Source: Candidatus Thorarchaeota archaeon | GTDB lineage: Archaea > Asgardarchaeota > Thorarchaeia > Thorarchaeales > Thorarchaeaceae | Assembly (NCBI GenBank): GCA_003345595.1 | Contig: PRDI01000015.1 | Span: forward strand, 1 to 39,466 | Direction: 5' to 3' | DNA: 39,466 bases | Part shown: one piece after another, positions 36,973-39,466 of the stretch | Position numbering within the stretch: the first letter of the stretch is position 1 | Layout of the letters: every line of letters begins with the position of its first letter | Notes under the pieces: model-generated | Seen by the model: the letters and a program-made list of their open reading frames with translations, nothing else | Told to the model about the DNA's origin: nothing | The model's database searches: none | Made by a program: the position numbers and the translations under genes

Positions 36973-37830
36973 TTGGACAGACAGCGAAGTGTGGCGAAGG
37001 TCTGGAGAAGTCAACCGACGTTGGAAGGCGCAGGTGTGCGTCTGAAGCGAGCCTTTGGATTCTATGAAGTCAAGGCACTCGACCCATTCCTGCTGCTTGA
37101 TGACTTTCATTCAAAGAACCCGGACGACTACGTCGCAGGCTTCCCATGGCATCCACATCGCGGCATTGAAACCGTAACGTACATGATTAGCGGAAAGGTT
37201 GCACACAGAGATAGCTTGGGCAATTCGGGAGTGATTGGACCCGGCGACGTCCAGTGGATGACTGCAGGAAGCGGGATCATCCACGAGGAGATGCCTGAGC
37301 GAACAGAGGGAATGTTGGCGGGCTTCCAGCTATGGGCCAACCTGCCGGCATCTCACAAGATGATGCGCCCACGCTACCGAGGAGTGGAGAGCAAGGACAT
37401 ACCTGAGGTGACACTTGAAGGCGGCGCAAGAGTCAAAGTGATATGTGGTAGAGTTGATGCCACAGTGGGGCCAGTGACCGAGATAATAACGGACCCTGAG
37501 TATTTGGATGTCACACTGTCCAGCAAGGGCCACTTCGTTCATGCAGTCAAGAGTGGGTACACAGCTTTTGCACACGTCATAGACGGAAGGGGCTACTTCG
37601 ACAAGAACCGGAGTCAGTCTGTGGAATCAGAAACAACCGTCCTGTTCTCAGACGGGTCCGAGGTCGAAGCACTGGCTGCTGCCAGAATGTTCCGTTTTCT
37701 CCTGGTTTCGGGCAGACCTCTTAGGGAACCGGTTGCTTGGAGAGGGCCAATCGTAATGAATACTGAGAACGAGCTGGCACTGGCCTTCGATGAGTATAGG
37801 AATGGTACGTTCCTGAAGCACAGACAGTGA
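36973..37830 (+). CDS. Pirin family protein
   Basis: DPFLLLD, GFPWHPHRGIETVTY, QWMTAGSGIIHEE, FQLWANLP and GPIVMN. Confidence 0.95.
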   Translation: MDRQRSVAKVWRSQPTLEGAGVRLKRAFGFYEVKALDPFLLLDDFHSKNPDDYVAGFPWHPHRGIETVTYMISGKVAHRDSLGNSGVIGPGDVQWMTAGSGIIHEEMPERTEGMLAGFQLWANLPASHKMMRPRYRGVESKDIPEVTLEGGARVKVICGRVDATVGPVTEIITDPEYLDVTLSSKGHFVHAVKSGYTAFAHVIDGRGYFDKNRSQSVESETTVLFSDGSEVEALAAARMFRFLLVSGRPLREPVAWRGPIVMNTENELALAFDEYRNGTFLKHRQ

Positions 37831-37881
37831 TTATCACTAGCCGCCAATCAGGCGAATCAACCTGAAACCGGATTCCTCAGC

Positions 37882-38553
37882 TCAGCCGAGAGCCTTCCTC
37901 ATGTCCTCTTTCTCTTGGTCTGATAGTTTGTCGAGTCCCTCAAACGAGTCGACAGAGCGGTTGCTGATCCTGCTCTTCACACACTCAAGATGGTGCCAGC
38001 GGTACGTGACATGCTCTTGGAACATAGAAGGCTCGCCAACACGAAGATGACCTTTCTCAATAGGTAGGTTGCAGGTCCGACATGTCGCGCGACCAGACTT
38101 GGCTGTTTCAATCACCCACTTCATCTCCTCTTCCTTGTGCTCCTCATCGACAAACTCCTTGAGTGATTCTAGAAACTGCTTGGGATTGGGGCCTGCGAGT
38201 TCCGGTGTCAAAGTCACGATGAATGAGTCGTACTGCGTCGGTTTGTATGACACGTCAACGTTTCCGTTTTTGTTGACCTGCTTGATTTCGGAGAATGGCG
38301 GCCATTGACTCGTGTCCTTCATGTATTTGACCATCTGCTTGACCAGAACATTGGACGCGTCTCTCTTGGAGATCATCTTCAGACCATCACTGGTTACGAG
38401 TCCGTACGCTGTGGAAGTGAATGTCCTGCCGCTGTCATCAGTGACATGAGACTTGATGAGCACCAAAGACCCGATTGGTGCTCCGTTCTTCACCCTAGGC
38501 ATTCGGAAGGAGTTAGGGTTCACGAAGTATGCCCATTCTTCGTGAATGTCCAA
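37882..38553 (-). CDS. Protein with a C-terminal PARP-type zinc finger and unknown N-terminal domain
   Basis: AKSGRATCRTC..PIEKG.LR.G...WHHLEC...GLDKLSDQEKE. Confidence 0.85.
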   Translation of the reverse strand: MDIHEEWAYFVNPNSFRMPRVKNGAPIGSLVLIKSHVTDDSGRTFTSTAYGLVTSDGLKMISKRDASNVLVKQMVKYMKDTSQWPPFSEIKQVNKNGNVDVSYKPTQYDSFIVTLTPELAGPNPKQFLESLKEFVDEEHKEEEMKWVIETAKSGRATCRTCNLPIEKGHLRVGEPSMFQEHVTYRWHHLECVKSRISNRSVDSFEGLDKLSDQEKEDMRKALG

Positions 38554-38788
38554 CCATTCGGTCAGATACAGACTCTCCCAAGATACCTACGTAGCCAAGT
38601 CATTAAAGCCTATCGCCACAAGGTAGAACATGGCGCTTGTTAGCTCTACTCAAGAAAACTTCGGGAACAAAGAGTTTCAGTGGCTCCATACATGTGGCCT
38701 CTGAGATGGGAAAGACTAATAGCGGGAACGACGAGAGTGAATTGTCTACTATCCACTCGGTTCAAGACGTGTTGGGAGGTGCCAAAGA

Positions 38789-38989
38789 ATGGTAGCGAGT
38801 TACGGTGATTTCCTAGCGGCACTAGCGTGCATCCTCGTAGCATTCTCACTGCTTTTTGCGTTCGCGGCGTTGTCCACGATGCCTTACTCCGAAGCAGCCT
38901 CCATAGCTACATTTCAAATGACCGTGATGGCACTTGGCCTATCCGCAGTGGCCTGTGCCATACTCAGTAATGCCTATGCAGGAAAGTGA
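38789..38989 (+). CDS. Small 2-TM membrane protein (66 aa)
   Basis: GGAGGTG RBS upstream and two hydrophobic helices. Confidence 0.65.
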   Translation: MVASYGDFLAALACILVAFSLLFAFAALSTMPYSEAASIATFQMTVMALGLSAVACAILSNAYAGK

Positions 38990-39226
38990 AAAGCCTGCTG
39001 TCACCGACAGCATGACACGAAGCATACGTTCGACACGCATGGGTTGCGGGATCCCTGAAAAGTTGGGCTTCTCCGCTAGGTTCCTGACTTCCGTGTGCCT
39101 TTCCTCGTTCAAGTGTTGGTCTTGGCATGGACCTAGACCTACTTCAAGAGCTGGTGAGTGAACACAGTCGGTCGGTGCCTTTTTCTGCATGGGAATCAAT
39201 CATGTGCCCAACAAGGGGGCTCGCAA

Positions 39227-39466
39227 ATGCGGCTTCGCAATCCAGTCATCCTCTCTGTCGTGTTCCTGTTGTCACTGCTCACACAGGTTTCAGCAACGAA
39301 CTCACAGGGCTTCGACTGGGCCGTCGCACCAGGGGATGAAATGCAGTTCACAGTCGATGCAAGTGGTCAGGGCGTGGGACCTTTGCACGAAGCGATGTAC
39401 TTCAGGGTCGACGAAGTACCTGAGCTCAGTGAAGATTTCGTGGTCATGAACAGAATACCGATTGTC
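39227..39466 (+). CDS. Secreted protein, 3'-truncated by the window edge (absent from the ORF track)
   Basis: MRLRNPVILSVVFLLSLLTQVSA signal peptide, then SQGFDWAVAPGDEMQF; open to the end of the window. Confidence 0.75.
   Translation, partial: MRLRNPVILSVVFLLSLLTQVSATNSQGFDWAVAPGDEMQFTVDASGQGVGPLHEAMYFRVDEVPELSEDFVVMNRIPIV

Noticed and set aside
1-39466. CRISPR arrays, tRNA/rRNA genes, transposases and integrases; the many short overlapping ORFs in the track
   Set aside because: No periodic repeats, cloverleafs or DDE/tyrosine-recombinase motifs were seen. The short ORFs are antisense or alternate-frame shadows of well-supported genes.

Overview
Gene-dense archaeal chromosomal window, most likely from an Asgard archaeon of Thorarchaeia type. 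This taxonomy is inferred from GGAGGTGA/GGTGA-type ribosome-binding sites (RBS), frequent GTG/TTG starts, KaiC/RAD55 ATPases, N-glycosylation-rich surface proteins and a bacterial-type PfkA. About 40 CDS are supported; I found no rRNA, tRNA, CRISPR array or transposase. Metabolic and housekeeping genes include pfkA, an mgtA-like P-type ATPase, an FGGY kinase, a cyclophilin, pcp, a nitroreductase, a pirin and an orphan DNA methyltransferase. The most notable items are: (1) an 8-gene signalling cluster at 27.9-34.5 kb with three KaiC-superfamily proteins, three stand-alone receiver domains, a GNAT and a TPR protein ending in C-x10-C-x10-C-x10-C, with no histidine kinase; (2) a eukaryote-type PARP zinc finger fused to an unknown domain; (3) a stand-alone proteasome-beta-like Thr-Ntn hydrolase divergently paired with an RHH-like gene; (4) two unannotated, highly structured + strand loci at about 15.6-16.0 kb (containing a 50-aa ORF with an occluded RBS) and 34.6-34.8 kb; (5) a six-repeat cytoplasmic beta-propeller protein. 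All calls come from motif recognition and hand base-pairing; no searches or folding programs were run.
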